From assembly GCF_024521635.1 (NCBI RefSeq), contig NW_026250406.1, positions 1,116,001 to 1,180,000 on the forward strand: a DNA stretch of 64,000 nucleotides, read 5' to 3'. Below the pieces are notes generated by a model that saw only the letters and a list, made by a program, of their open reading frames with translations, was not told the DNA's origin and did no database searches. A program made the translations under genes and the position numbers. Below are positions 27,450-39,900 of this stretch, one piece after another (within the stretch, counting starts at the first letter, position 1; the number at the start of each line of letters is the position of its first letter). This DNA is from Tricharina praecox (taxonomy: Eukaryota).

Positions 27450-30308
27450 ATGTCGCATCAACCAGTCGGCGGGTATAAGGAGGAGCCGGCTGCTGAGCCC
27501 GCAACCCATCCTGGCCATCCCCAGCACCACCATCAACAACAACACCAGCAGCAGCAGCAGCACCACCAACCACAATCCTCCGCAAACTCCCCCCACCCTC
27601 AGCAACAGCACCACCACCAGCAACAGCAGTCCCACCAGCAGCATCAATCGTCTGCAGCTCAGCATCCACAGCAGCAGCACCCACACTCACGGCCACCTTT
27701 GCCACAGCATCAGGGACAACACCCCCCTTCCTCCGCCTACTCGTCGCCACATCCGCCTCATCAGTCTCCCTTCGCGCCTTCATCTTCTTCTCTTCCCGGC
27801 TCCCAGCATCATCCCCAACAGCAGCAGCAACAGGAGATCCCTTACTTCGCCGCTGCGCCTTACGGAACTCCAAGCAGTACTGCTTCGTCATATCCGTCTC
27901 AAGGTGTGTTGCGTGTCCCCAGTCAGTTGATATCCTTATACCCCCCCCTCCCATCCCTTCCTCGTTTCCTCCATATACCTTCCACCTCCTCCCTCCCCAT
28001 CCCTCCTTCGTTCTATTATCCTTTCCCCCCTCCACGTTCCTCTTCCCTCGTCTCCCCACTTTCACCTCCCTGCACATTACCCCTCGTCACCTCCCACCAC
28101 CGTATAGGTTGTCGTTGTCGTGTCTTGTCGTGGTCCATCGACACTCGAACGCGTTGATTCCCGCGGTTCCTCCTTTCTCGCGTTTGCGCTCTTCGTTTCG
28201 AGTCGCCGTCGAGTTTATTCATCTTCCTTCTCGTTGCTGCCGCACCGGAAATATCAGCTCTTTCGGTCTGAATCATAGTTTCTAACGCGTCTTTTCACCA
28301 TTAGCAGTCGCAGAAGGCGCAGATCTCATGGCAGCTCACACGATGAATCGCCCAACGTATCCCCCGATATACCACACTCCTCAGTCGAACTCGCCGGCTT
28401 CCGTCGCCTCGCCAACTGCACCTGATCATCGCTCGGTATACTCGAACCAGCCAATGCAGAACCCCCTCTACAGCTACCCGCAGACGTATTCGCCGCAAAT
28501 CCCCACGGGCCCTCCTTCGTACCCGCCGCAGACGCAGCATCAGCACATGGCCAACCAGCCGCTGTTGATGTCGCACACACCGAACCAGACGATGACTCCG
28601 CCCCAGCAGCAGCAGACGCAGCACCACCATGTTGCTCCCAACCCTACGTCTGCGCCGAAGATGCCTCAGCAGCATCAGCAAACTCCTATTCACAAATCAT
28701 CTCCAGGTACGGCACCTCCGTCGTCTTCTGGCAATAAAGCCAGCTCAATCAATCCAAACGCAGCACCAGGTCCTATCCCTGCCACCACTCCGCTGGTCGT
28801 TAGGCAAGATCAGAACGGCGTGCAGTGGATCATGTTCGAGTACTCGCGGGACAGAGTCAAGATGGAGTACACGATTCGGTGTGACGTCGCGTCGGTAAAC
28901 GTCGATGCTCTTACGCCCGAGTTTAAAACCGAGAATTGCGTGTATCCGAGAGCCTGCTGCAGCAAAGACCAGTACCGCGGTAATCGTTTGGTGTATGAGA
29001 CGGAGTGCAATACGGTCGGGTGGGCGTTGGCGGATCTCAACCCTTCGTTGCGTGGCAAGCGCGGGTTGATTCAGCGTGCAGTAGACAGCTGGCGGAACTC
29101 GAACCAGGACCCGAGACTGCGAAGTCGACGGGTGCGGAGGATGGCCAAGCTCAATAACCGCAAAGCGAACGCCGCTGCGGCCGCCCAAGCCCACCTTAGT
29201 GCCGGATCGCCGGGAGTTCAGCCTCTGTCGTCGTCGAGCGCCGGGTTGGGACTGAAAGGTCCCTCCAACCTGATGCCCAACTCGGGGGCGCAACTGCAGC
29301 ACCACCACCATCAACCTGGAGCCGATTCCACGACATCCGCCAACGGGGACGACGACATGGGTGCCTTGCTACAGCAACACCATCACCACAACGGTCAGTC
29401 GTCGTACAACAACGTGCAGAACCAGCTGGCTGCCGAGAACGCGCGCACGGACGCGGGCCATCTCTCGCCGGCGGTCGGTGAGGGCGGGTACGGAAACGGA
29501 CAGACTCACCATCACCACCAGGGACCCAGCAGCGGAAACGACATTCGACCACGGAACGTCTTCCACTACCCTTCGTCGTACCCGTCGGAGAACGTACCCG
29601 GCTCGTCGATTCCCCCCAGCATGCACAGCGCGATGGACACCATGGGCCCGACCTCCAGTGCGCCGACCGCTGTCACCACTTCCACGCCCCCCGTGAGCAA
29701 TACGTCTCTGTTTGGCGATATTCCGGACCACAAACGCCGTAAGTTTATCCTTGTGGACGATCCGCACCGGGGCTCACGCGTGCGCGTCCGCGTTATGCTC
29801 GATCAGGTCCATATGCAAGAGATTCCAGACTCGTACCGCAAGTCCAACTCGGTCTACCCCCGGTCGTTCATCTCGTCCCAGGAGGATCTGGACAACAATG
29901 GGACCGAAATTCACACCCAAGTGGTCGTTCCTATGCTGGACGGAAGTAACATGACCATCCCGACCCCGCCGCCCTCGAGTTCCAAGAGAAAGAAGGAGAA
30001 CGACTTGAACGAGCTGGGCTATCGTATGTCGTGGAGTCAATCGAGGGTGTTTGCGGGGAGGACGATGTTTCTGCAGCGAGCCCGTGAGTTTGTCTTCCCC
30101 TCTCTTTGAGCAGATGTGGGAAAAAATAAGAAAAGTTTGAGCTAAAATTTATCCTTTCTTAGTGGATGCGTACAGGAATAAGATGCGAAGCAGTATGATG
30201 GCGGCTGGTACCGATGTTACGAATTCAGCACCCCATCTGGAGACCAGAGTTGGCAAACGGAAGTGGATGGAGCGAACACGACGCTCTCGGGGCGCCGGCT
30301 CGTCGTGA
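27450..30308 (+). CDS. Gln/His/Pro-rich uncharacterised fungal protein with two copies of a conserved domain (putative transcriptional regulator); exons 27450-27903, 28305-30083, 30163-30308
   Basis: Intron 1 GTGTGT(27904)..TCTAAC(28281)..TAG(28304) joins the polyQ ORF in frame to the 593-aa ORF. Intron 2 GTGAGT(30084)..TAG(30162) gives ...FLQRA-LDAYRNKMR...GAGSS*. Globular block PGPIPATTPLVVRQDQNGVQWIMFEYSRDRVKMEYTIRCDV...IQRAVDSWRN. Regulatory function is inferred only. Confidence 0.85.
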
Positions 30309-33300
30309 GTTTTTCGGGTGATCGAAGGAGGGCACTTCTCTCTGTGTCCACCAAAGAGGAAGTTCTCATCTCTTTTTTTTCCGCATTGAATCTTTAGATT
30401 TCTTGAGTTCGGTCATGTCGTACAAGGGTGCTTTGGGTAGGAGCAAAACTGGGTTTGCTTTGATTGTGAATTTCGGTACATCGCATTTGGGGATTTCATA
30501 CCATACACTTTTTGTTTTCTCGTTGCTCGCGTCTTTTCACCTTGTTTTCTTTTTTTCCCCTGGGAGGTGTGCGACAACTTGTCTGCAAAAAGCTTGTCAC
30601 GACTATTACTATTCATGTTTGTTTACGCGTTTGCTATTGTCTTCGTCCTTTTCATTTCTCGTTTCTCTTTGCGTTCTTCGTTTGGGAGGTGGGAGGTGGG
30701 CTGGCTACATTACAGGTGCTTCTTCTGGCAGCCGGGTGGTGTGGTTGCGTTCTTTTTCAGTTTTTTTTTGTTGGAACCACACCGATCACGGTGCCTGTGG
30801 CGTTCTCTTTTTCTCTTTGCTTTTGGGACGGGGACGGGTTCGGGAAGGTGGGGTGAGTGGGTGGGGGGATGAGGTTGGTGGGAGGGAAGGAGGATCGTGT
30901 GTTTGTATCTATCTGAACTGCGCCTGTACCTTTTCTGTTTCTTTCTTTCTTTCTTTCTTACTGCTTGTCTTTTTTTTCTTCTTCTTTTCTTTGCTGTCAA
31001 TTACGTTCCCCATATATCCCGACTCTTTACGTTTGTTTGTTTTTTCAGTTTGTTTTCATTTCCCCAAAGGGCTCTGTGTTATATCATTTACCCCCCTTCT
31101 TCTTCCTCTTCTTCTTTGCTCCTCGCCGATTGCCTGTGTTTGTTTTTTGCCTTTGCTTTGCTTTTATGATGGATGGGACGGGATTAGGTGGTGGTGCCAG
31201 TAGTAGGTGGTGGACGGTGGTAGAGGATGGTGGAGGGTATTGCATTATCACGACGCGATGGATGAGGTTCTCAGGAGGAGGAGGAGGGATGTTTGTTCTA
31301 TTCTGCTCTATTCTGTTTCTGTTTCTGTTTCTGTTCTATTCGTGTGCTGTCTTGTATCTTGTCGTTTGTTTGCTTGGAGGAACTTTGAAGGAACTTGGAA
31401 GGGACTGGTGGGGGAAAGGATTGGTGGGGAGGGGGGGGAAGGGACTGGGTGGGGATCGGGGGAAAATATTATGATGATATGAACTTGTTTGTCGTTTGTT
31501 GATTGTTGATTGTGTTTTGCTCTGTTCTAGAAGGAGATGCGGGAACTTGGAAGGTTAGTAATACTACATACTTCTTATGGGGTTTGTGATATTCGTTATT
31601 TGGTATCCGTGAACCGGTGTGGGTGCTGACAGCTGGGGAGGTGGGAGTGGGAGTGCTGTGGATGGGAGTGCTGTGGAGGGCGGGGAGAGGTGTGGCGTCG
31701 GGCAGCGCGGGGGGCGGGCGCGGGGCGAGTGATAGACATGTGCCCCTACCACCGCCACCACCACCACCACCACCACCGCCGCCGCCACGAAAAAGTGGTT
31801 TGCTCAACAAGCAAGCAAGCAACAGTTCAACGAGGGCGGATCTTTCCCGAAGCACCTGCCATCCGAGTCCTCGTTCATCCACCCAGTGGCCAGTCGAAGC
31901 CCGAGGTCGTGGGTCGTGGGTCGTGGGTACGTTACGGGTACAGGTACAGGTATCACGACGAGCGCTCGTAGCCTCCTCCGCCACTACAAGCTGCGTCCTG
32001 TCTGCGGTTCGATAGCGATTAGACAGCCGACCCCCGCGGCTACGCCCGAGCGGACATGCACCGTCTGAGCGGACCGCCGGGCACGCATCGCACCTGTATA
32101 CATTCAGTGGTGGTCTGCTACGGGAGGATGGCTGCACGGGCGGGCGGGCGGGCGGGCTGTTTGCAAGGCCTGCTGCTGGCTGCTGCTGGATGAGTACTCG
32201 CTCTACGTGCCGTGTGTCCATACGTTACGCCAGCCGGCCAGCTAGATTCGCCGGCTGGAATCACCAGACAAACACAGTGGCGGTCGAGGATGTAACTCCT
32301 CCCCTCTTCTCTGTATCAACCACATACTCGGGGACCTCCTGTCTGCCTGTCCGTCTGCGGCCCGTCCCTTGGCCCGTCCGTGAGCCGTCAGCTTGGACGG
32401 CCGACACGCACACTCTGCCACCCTTTCTTCCGCCGTGGATTACGGCATAGTGGACGTGCAAGGCTACATAGAGCGAGGGGCAAGGCTACATGGAGCGTGG
32501 GTTGTTTGTATGATACTCTGGAGTCTAGAATACAAATATACATATCATACATACACTCCACGCACTGCACGCACTCTTCTTGCTCTCCAGCCAACTAACC
32601 AACCAACAAGTCCTCGGCAGCAGCGGTACTAGAGCGTGAATGACGCCTCATGCCTATTTAGTTTATACTCGTGCTTTCTGGTGCTGCAGTTGGTTGGGCT
32701 TCTGCCCGCCCGCCCTCCTTGCCGTGATATCCGGCAGCGAATGGACGTACATACTTAGTTAAGGGCTTGACTCGTCACTCTTGAGCCCGGTATATCTCAC
32801 ATAGCTACGGTATTTTGCTTGCCGCGCTCTTGAGTGGTCCGGACTCCGTCCAGTCCAGTCCATCCATCCATCCAGTCAGTCCAGTCCATCCATCCAGCCC
32901 AACCAGTCAGCCAGCTAGACCAACGACGGTAGATGGAATGGAATAGTGGCGGCGGCAGTCATGAACCTGTAACGGTAGGCGGTGGGGGTGGGTACGTAAT
33001 GGGGCGTCTTAAGGCTGGTTACAACTTACTTGTGCTTGCGGGAGGGAGGGGAGGGGAGAAGGGGGCGAGCCTGGTCGGTGCGGATAGATGTGTGGCTGGT
33101 ATATACGTAGGTGAGCTGTAGTCTGGACTCCGCAGACTGCAGTGTAAGCAGTGTAAGCAGTGTAAGCAGTGGAAGTCTGGGTGTTTGGGTGCACTCTATA
33201 TGAAGCAGAGGCAGACATCGAGGCATAACGGGGGGGGAGATGACCAGCATGTGCTGGGCGAGAAGCTACCCCCCCTCACCCACCCAGGAACGAGAGCTGG

Positions 33301-35363
33301 CTGTCTGGTGGGCTGGTGGACTGGTGGACTGGTGGGGCCCGACGGCGGCGGTGAGAACCAGACCACCAGACCACCAGACCACCAGACCACTGAGAGTGCC
33401 AGAGTTCCAGAGTTCCAGAGTTCCAGAGTGGGCTGTGGACACTCCAGCCAGGGCCCGGAGGAGAAACTCGCTGGGGACTCGCTGGGGGGCCCTCCCCATT
33501 CGCACTCGAGCTGTTCGTTTGCACCCACTACTCACCTAGAGCTCCCAGATCGGACATCCATCCATCGTCCAACTGACTACCTACATCCTACATACCTGAC
33601 CTAGTCTACAGACTCCTACACACCCTCATCCTTCCCCTCTGCCCAGTGCCCAAAGGCACAAGGCCCAAGCCCAAAAAACCCCTCCCTCTCCCCACCCCCA
33701 AACATGGACCATGGGCACTAGCAAACAGGGCGGACCACCACCACCACCATCTTGAAGGCCCATGGGTGAGTATAGAGTAGAGTGCTATTATCCCCATCCC
33801 CTTCCCCTTCCCCTTGGGCACCTGGGCAAGGGAAGTCGAGTCGAGTCGAGTCGAGTCGGCATGACCGTTTGGGGCTTATAACAGCGTGGAGGGATGATGC
33901 CAGTGACGGCAGTGCAGTGCAGGGGAGGGGTGGTACATATATATCGTGTAGTGTATATGTGATGGGAGGGGGGGGGGAGGGGGAGTGTATGTATGAGGGA
34001 GGGGTTAGCATGATGGGCACGTCCAACCATCCAACGTCCGCCACGAAGGCGCCTGGCGGATGCGCTGACGACAGGATATGATATATCAGGAGGATGATAT
34101 GGAGCCAGTGCAGTGTAGGGTGTCCGGAAGTTCCCGGCGGGGGGTGCGGAGGTTGACAGGAGTTCTAGAAGCCAGTGGCGTTAAGCACGCATGCCTTGTC
34201 CTTGCCGTCCCGGCAGTAGGAGGAGGAGGTGGTGGAGCAGGAGGTGGAGGTGGAGGTGGAGGTGTTTTTGTCACTCTCTGGCTCGTGGTTCGCAGGCAAC
34301 AACTTACAAGCAACCATGGGTTATCCCATCCCACTCGGAGCGTGGGAGCGAGCGAGCAGGAGGAGGACGAGGAGGAGGGCGTGGGGCAGCCCGGGCTTCA
34401 ACTACCGACTCAGCCTTCCGGTCCGTTCTCGTGCCTGCAGGCTGCAGTTGGCGGACGGACCGTCAGATTTGAGGAGTGACAGCTCAACATCGGGCGTTTG
34501 GAAGCGTGGTTGCAGGTGGTTGCTGGTACGGTGCTGGTACTGGATGGGATGTAGGCGTGTTTGACGTGTAATTAACGTCTGCCGTCTGCAGCGGGGAGGA
34601 GAGGGGAGGGGATGGGGAGGGGCATTCGAGTCCTGCCACGCTAGCCGTAGGGGGGGTATCCTATATCCAAGTTCGGCTGGCTGGCAAAAGGCACGGTGGT
34701 GTAACATGGGTTTCTTTATTTCTGAGGATCCCCTAACTATGATCGCCAGCGGGCGGGCTTGTGGTCGAACTGGTGGTGAATCGGGAGGGCGGGCGGGCGG
34801 GTGGGCGGTCAGGGATATCCCATGTGTGCGGTTGGCCCTGGCCCCGGTCCGTCCACATGCTATCTAAGTGAACTACTGCCCTCCACGGCATATCACCCGC
34901 GTGTGTAGGAACCCCAAGATCCTAACAGTTTTTTGGGGGGTTAAACTGGGTGGAAGCGGCCGAGAACCGGCTTATCTAATAGTTTGTCCCTGGCCAGTGA
35001 GCACTTGGGTTGATTCTGACTGACGGATGGTTGTTTTCTCTCTCTCTCTCTCTCTCGATATTTGAACTTGGTAAACTCGGAACTTCTGGCAAACCATTTG
35101 CGTCTAGGTACTATTTAACTACGGTAGTCAGTCGAAAGAAATCCCCCAGCGGCGTTCCTAGAGAATTACCGGAAGTCCAAGTGTGGTAGTGTGGGTGCGT
35201 GCGTGGGAAGTTGTCAAGACGCTGCACTGTGCCTTGCTTTCCATCCACAACTATCTCCAGTCCAGTCCAGTGTCCGAAGGTTCTCGATACCGGGATCACG
35301 GGCATGCCGTGGCGCAAAAAAAAAGTCATAAAATAGCCTCTGTGATGTGTGGAAAAGAGAAGA

Positions 35364-35449
35364 TTCCGTTACGGGGAATTGAACCCCGGTCTGGCCGGAT
35401 TAATGCTCTGCTTGAGAGCGGCCGATGCTAGCCACTACACCATAACGGA
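35364..35449 (-). tRNA. tRNA-Glu (CTC) with 14-nt intron
   Basis: Same mature sequence as the 5730 copy; intron AGCAGAGCATTAAT; trailer TCTTCTCTTTT. Confidence 0.95.
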
Positions 35450-35546
35450 TGTGATTATCAACATTGCTACAGAGCTATGTACGTGCAAATAACTGATGAC
35501 ATTTGGTATCACTCGTTCCAACTTTCTCTCGGATTTGGAATTCCAT

Positions 35547-35723
35547 AAAGTTCAACGGCACGGCCACGGCGGGGGCAGGGGAAGCCACATCGGACCGCTC
35601 GATGAGAATCGGGTTGGACAGTGGTGAGGAAACGGGGGGAAGGTGCACGGGAAGATATTGCCATGATCTAGGTACCCAGGTCGCCTGCAATCAATGAATG
35701 AACAAAAAACAGTTGAATAGCAC
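35547..35723 (+). mobile_element. Short non-LTR retroposon, copy 2, with degenerate target-site duplication
   Basis: 35569-35709 is ~81% identical to the reverse complement of 4057-4197 and ends GCAATCAATGAATGAAC(A)6. Flanks AAAGTTCAACGGCAC (35547-35561) and ACAGTTGAATAGCAC (35709-35723) match 11/15. Confidence 0.7.
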
Positions 35724-36107
35724 TGGAATCTCCCATGGCGACAGAAGGTCAACGTAGCCAGCGTCAATCTCTTGGTCTCAGAAGGAACAATGACCGAAAT
35801 TTCTTGAGCCGTCATGAATCGTGGCTGCCGTAGCAGCCAGGTGAGGATGGGTGAAGCAACGCTGATAGCCTAGGTATCACTCGATATGAGTCCGCCAAGA
35901 ATTTCTCGTCGTTTCTGGGGAAGTATGTAGGTATGTATGAGGCTGGTGTACGGATGGCTTTAATAAGTTTTTTTCAGAATCTCTCGCACTATCTCTCTCG
36001 CCATTCCATTCATCCGTGTCCGCATGCCGAGTCAGAACGAAAATAATACTTTACCACTAATTGCTGTTTTGCCTTATCACCGCAATTCTGCAAAGCGGAC
36101 ATCAACA

Positions 36108-36193
36108 TCCGTTATGGTGTAGTGGCTAGCATCGGCCGCTCTCAAGCAGAGCATTAATCCGGCCAGACCGGGGTTCAATTCCCCGTAACGGAA
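36108..36193 (+). tRNA. tRNA-Glu (CTC) with 14-nt intron
   Basis: TCCGTTATGGTGTAGTGGCTAGCATCGGCCGCTCTCA[AGCAGAGCATTAAT]CCGGCCAGACCGGGGTTCAATTCCCCGTAACGGAA followed by T-runs. Confidence 0.95.
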
Positions 36194-36956
36194 TCTTCTC
36201 TTTTGCAAACTTCGTGGAAGACTATTTTGCGCCTTTTTTTGCTCTTCCTTTCTATTTATTTTTACTCGAATTCATATGTAGTACTGGTGGTTACATCGTA
36301 TTAAGAGGCGGCTCGGCGTCATCGGTGAGCACCGGGAGAGGAGACCTGTCACCTTATTGAGATCTGGTGGGACCTGATGCAGACCCGATGCGATCGTTAA
36401 ACGTTTATTTTGTTTCTGTTGTCACTGTGTATCTCTGTTCTTCCTGTCGTCGGTCTCCGGTCGTGATCGGATCATCACCTTGTACTAGGTACTTCATCAT
36501 AGACCTTTCCAATTGACCACGATTTTGTTCATCACCCGGTTTTGGGTCTCTCAGTATAGAGTAGAGTACTTAAGTTCCATTCCGATAATCAGCACTCACT
36601 ACAATATCAAGTTACAAGTTACAAGCTCCCTTCACACCACCGCACCACTGCCCCACCACCCGATGAGACAGACCAGACCAAAGAAAGAACCCCGCGCAAA
36701 GAAAAGCAGACATAAAGTGAGAGGAAGTACAATACATAGGAAAGAAGCGAAGTAGGTGAGTAGTAAAGCCAGGTATCAATCAATCAAACAATAAAGTAGA
36801 GTAAACCGTCCATCACATTCCATCCATCCATCCATCCATCCATCCATCCATCCATCGCATATCAAAACCCAATTCCCATGCCGAATACCCATCCCATCCA
36901 TCACATTCCCATGCTTTCCCCCATCCGCCCATCCGCCCATCCGCCCATTCCTCCAC

Positions 36957-39900
36957 TTACGCAGGCCAGCTCCTCCCCTGTTCATTAACCCACACCATAA
37001 TCAGCTCCCTCCACCTCCAACCCCAGCCATTACTGCTGTGACACACCCTCCGGAAGCCCGGATTCGTGAACCTCGCAGGGCTGGGCTCGTTGGCGCGGAC
37101 CCAGAGGTTCTGTTCCTGCTTCATGCTGCGGTACATGTGTAGGTTGCTTAGGAGAAGTATGAGTATGAAGAGGTATAGGCCGGCGGTGAGGATGCTCCAC
37201 GCCAAGCCTGGCCATGGGCCGGCGCGAAGGAGTGTCGCTTGACGGCCGCGGGGGGCGGACTTTGGTTTCGGTTGCGGGTTGGCGGCGGAGTCGGCGGATT
37301 CGGTAGAGAGGTTGTTGGAGTCGAGAGCCGCTTGCTCGTTGCCGCCGCGGGGGTTGGTCGAGGCATAGTAGTCTGCCTGGTCCAGGCCGTGGAAGGCGTC
37401 CCAGAGCAGCCGCAGTGGCCAGGCGAAGACTCCCATCGGCCCGTGGATCCGGTGGAACTTGAAGATGTAGCCGGCAGCGGAGGAGCCGTCGTACGTCTTC
37501 GCAGCGGCCATGCGGAGAGCGCGAGCGGCCGGCTGGGCGAGTCTCCACACGTTGTGTAAGATCTCGCGGTTCGGCGAGGTGGACTGCTTCATAACGAAAT
37601 CGTTCAAGAAGGCGCGGTCGGCGAGGGTTAGCTCGGACTTCATCGTGAGGTCGTATAGCAAGGTGCGGGTCGCGTTGTCGGTGATGATTGTCTCTTGGTA
37701 GTGGTCCTCGGGGTATGAAGCGGGAACAGCGGACTCCGTCGGCGCCAGCTCCGCTTGTGTCCCATGATCCTCCGTCTCTGCCTGCCGCCGTTGAATCCCA
37801 TAATCCTCCATTTCTGCCTGCTGCCGTTGAATCTCCTCTTCGACAGTAATCGGTTTGGGCCAAGCCTCGGCGGTCTGACACTCGGCATCGTTAGAGCTGG
37901 CTTCCTCGACCACTTCCGGTATTTGTTGCTTGAGTTCGTTGATGGCCGCGAGGGTTGGGTCCTGGAGCCACGCTACACACCCACTGACGAGCCTCTCTTC
38001 TCCTGGTGGGATCTCAATGTCTGTCTGGACCTCTCTGCCAGCCCAATGCATGTATACGGTGTGATCGATCGATTGCTTGCGACGGATACCAGCGGGGATT
38101 CGGGAGGGGGAATCCTCGAAGGGGCCCCGCACATATTCGGGGGATTCCTCGTATCTGACACCACTCGACTCCGAGCCCATACCGAAGTCTCCAGGATTCT
38201 GGGTAATTCCAGCCGTAGCGGGTTTCTTGGTAACGGCCGGGGCAGTTGTAGAAGCCTTGTCAGCGGCGGCGGCGGCCTCAAGTGTATCCTCCAAATCGAA
38301 GATAAATTTACCGAGCCTGTCATTCTCTTCATCTTTCTCGGCTAGTAGCTCCTTCAAGGACTTGAGCTCCTGCTGAATATCTGCTAATTCATTCAGGTGC
38401 TTGGCCTGCGACTCAGCGTAGTTGAGGATACGGCTCTCCATCAACCTAGTCTTGTTCTTCTCCTCTACCAATTGCGCCACCAGGTCTTCAATCTCATCGG
38501 ACAGTTTATTTTCCCTTACGGTGTCGCGTTTCGGCTGCACCGCCTTTACTTGCGACGCTTCTTCCTCCAACTGGTAGATATCGGCTTGTTGCGCGCGGAC
38601 CTGCTCCTTGAGGGCCCGGATCTCGCGATCTTTTGTGTCCTTGGCCTCCCTAAACTCTGCTCGGACACGCTCAAGGTCTGCCTCAAGTTTGTCACGTTCA
38701 TCCACCAGGACGGACATCGTTCTGTCGAATTCACTATGCATGGAATCCTTACTTCTTTCGATGTTCAGGAACTTCTTATCCCAGTCTTCGGCGGTTTCTT
38801 GTAAATCCTTCAAGGCCGTTTCTTTCAGGCTGACCAGAGCTTTGAGTCGTCTCACCTCCGCATAGACGCGCGCGATTTCCTCTGGGTCACGTTGGGAGGC
38901 GGCCTTCGGGGCCAAGTCGGTATTTCTGAGAAGTACGGATTGTTCCAAATCCTCTTCTACCTTGTATATAGTCGAATCGTTCGGGTCGACGAAGGCAGAT
39001 ATTCTGCCGGGCCGTGGACCTAGTAGTTGATCCGACAGCTTGGGCTGGTTAGAACGCCCCGGACTCGGAGTGGCCCCGCGACGCCCCGGACTCGGAGTGG
39101 TCCCGCGGACGGGTCCAGTACTCGGCAAGTCCAGGCCTCCAGTCGAGTCGTCTGTGTACGACCCCTCGACTGTGGACCGGCTGAGCACATCTTCCTCAGT
39201 GAGATCCTTCTTCCTGTTCTCCTGCTCTTTTAACCTCATCCGGACGTAATCCAAAAGCCCGGTGTTTCCATTTGGAATCTCAAGACGCTTGAGGAGCTCG
39301 TTGGTCGCCTCTTGGTCGATGTTAATAGTGTTCCCGTGCTTATCTCTCATTGTCACTACTTTCTCTATCGACTTCGGTAGAAGCGAGCCTTTTGGAAGGC
39401 CTACAAGTTCTTCTAGGGTGTTGATGAAGGCGGGAAACTCAGCGTTGTTGATCTATCAAAGTTAACACACACAATCAAGTAATCTGCGCGCAAGAAAAAG
39501 ACCCGGAGAAATCTCAGACGGTTCATACCTGGCCAGTACCGTTTGGATCAAACAAGCGCCACGCCTTCTTAAACGACCGATCCACACGATCATTGGTTAA
39601 TTTCAAGAGCTGCGTGGTCGTTACACTCCCCCGTGATGCAGGCTGGTTCGTGTATTCGTCGTCGGAATCCATCTCTTCTCTTTTGCTTTTCTGCGCGGGT
39701 GTTGGCGTTGTTGGTGGCGGCGGTGGTGATGGTGTCTTCGCGGTCGGCGAAGGCGAATGAATTGGCTCCGGAGAGATCGGGGTGCGTCGACCACTCGGTG
39801 GGCTGGGACGGACGATGGGTCCACCGCTGCCACCTCCTCCGAGATCAGTTCCCTGGCCTTTGCCAGACGCGCGTGGAGTCTTGGGTTTCCGTGTTGGAGT

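Noticed and set aside
30403..31474. Phe/Leu-rich ORFs resembling membrane proteins
   Set aside because: Translation of T-rich low-complexity sequence downstream of the 27450 gene (probable 3' UTR).
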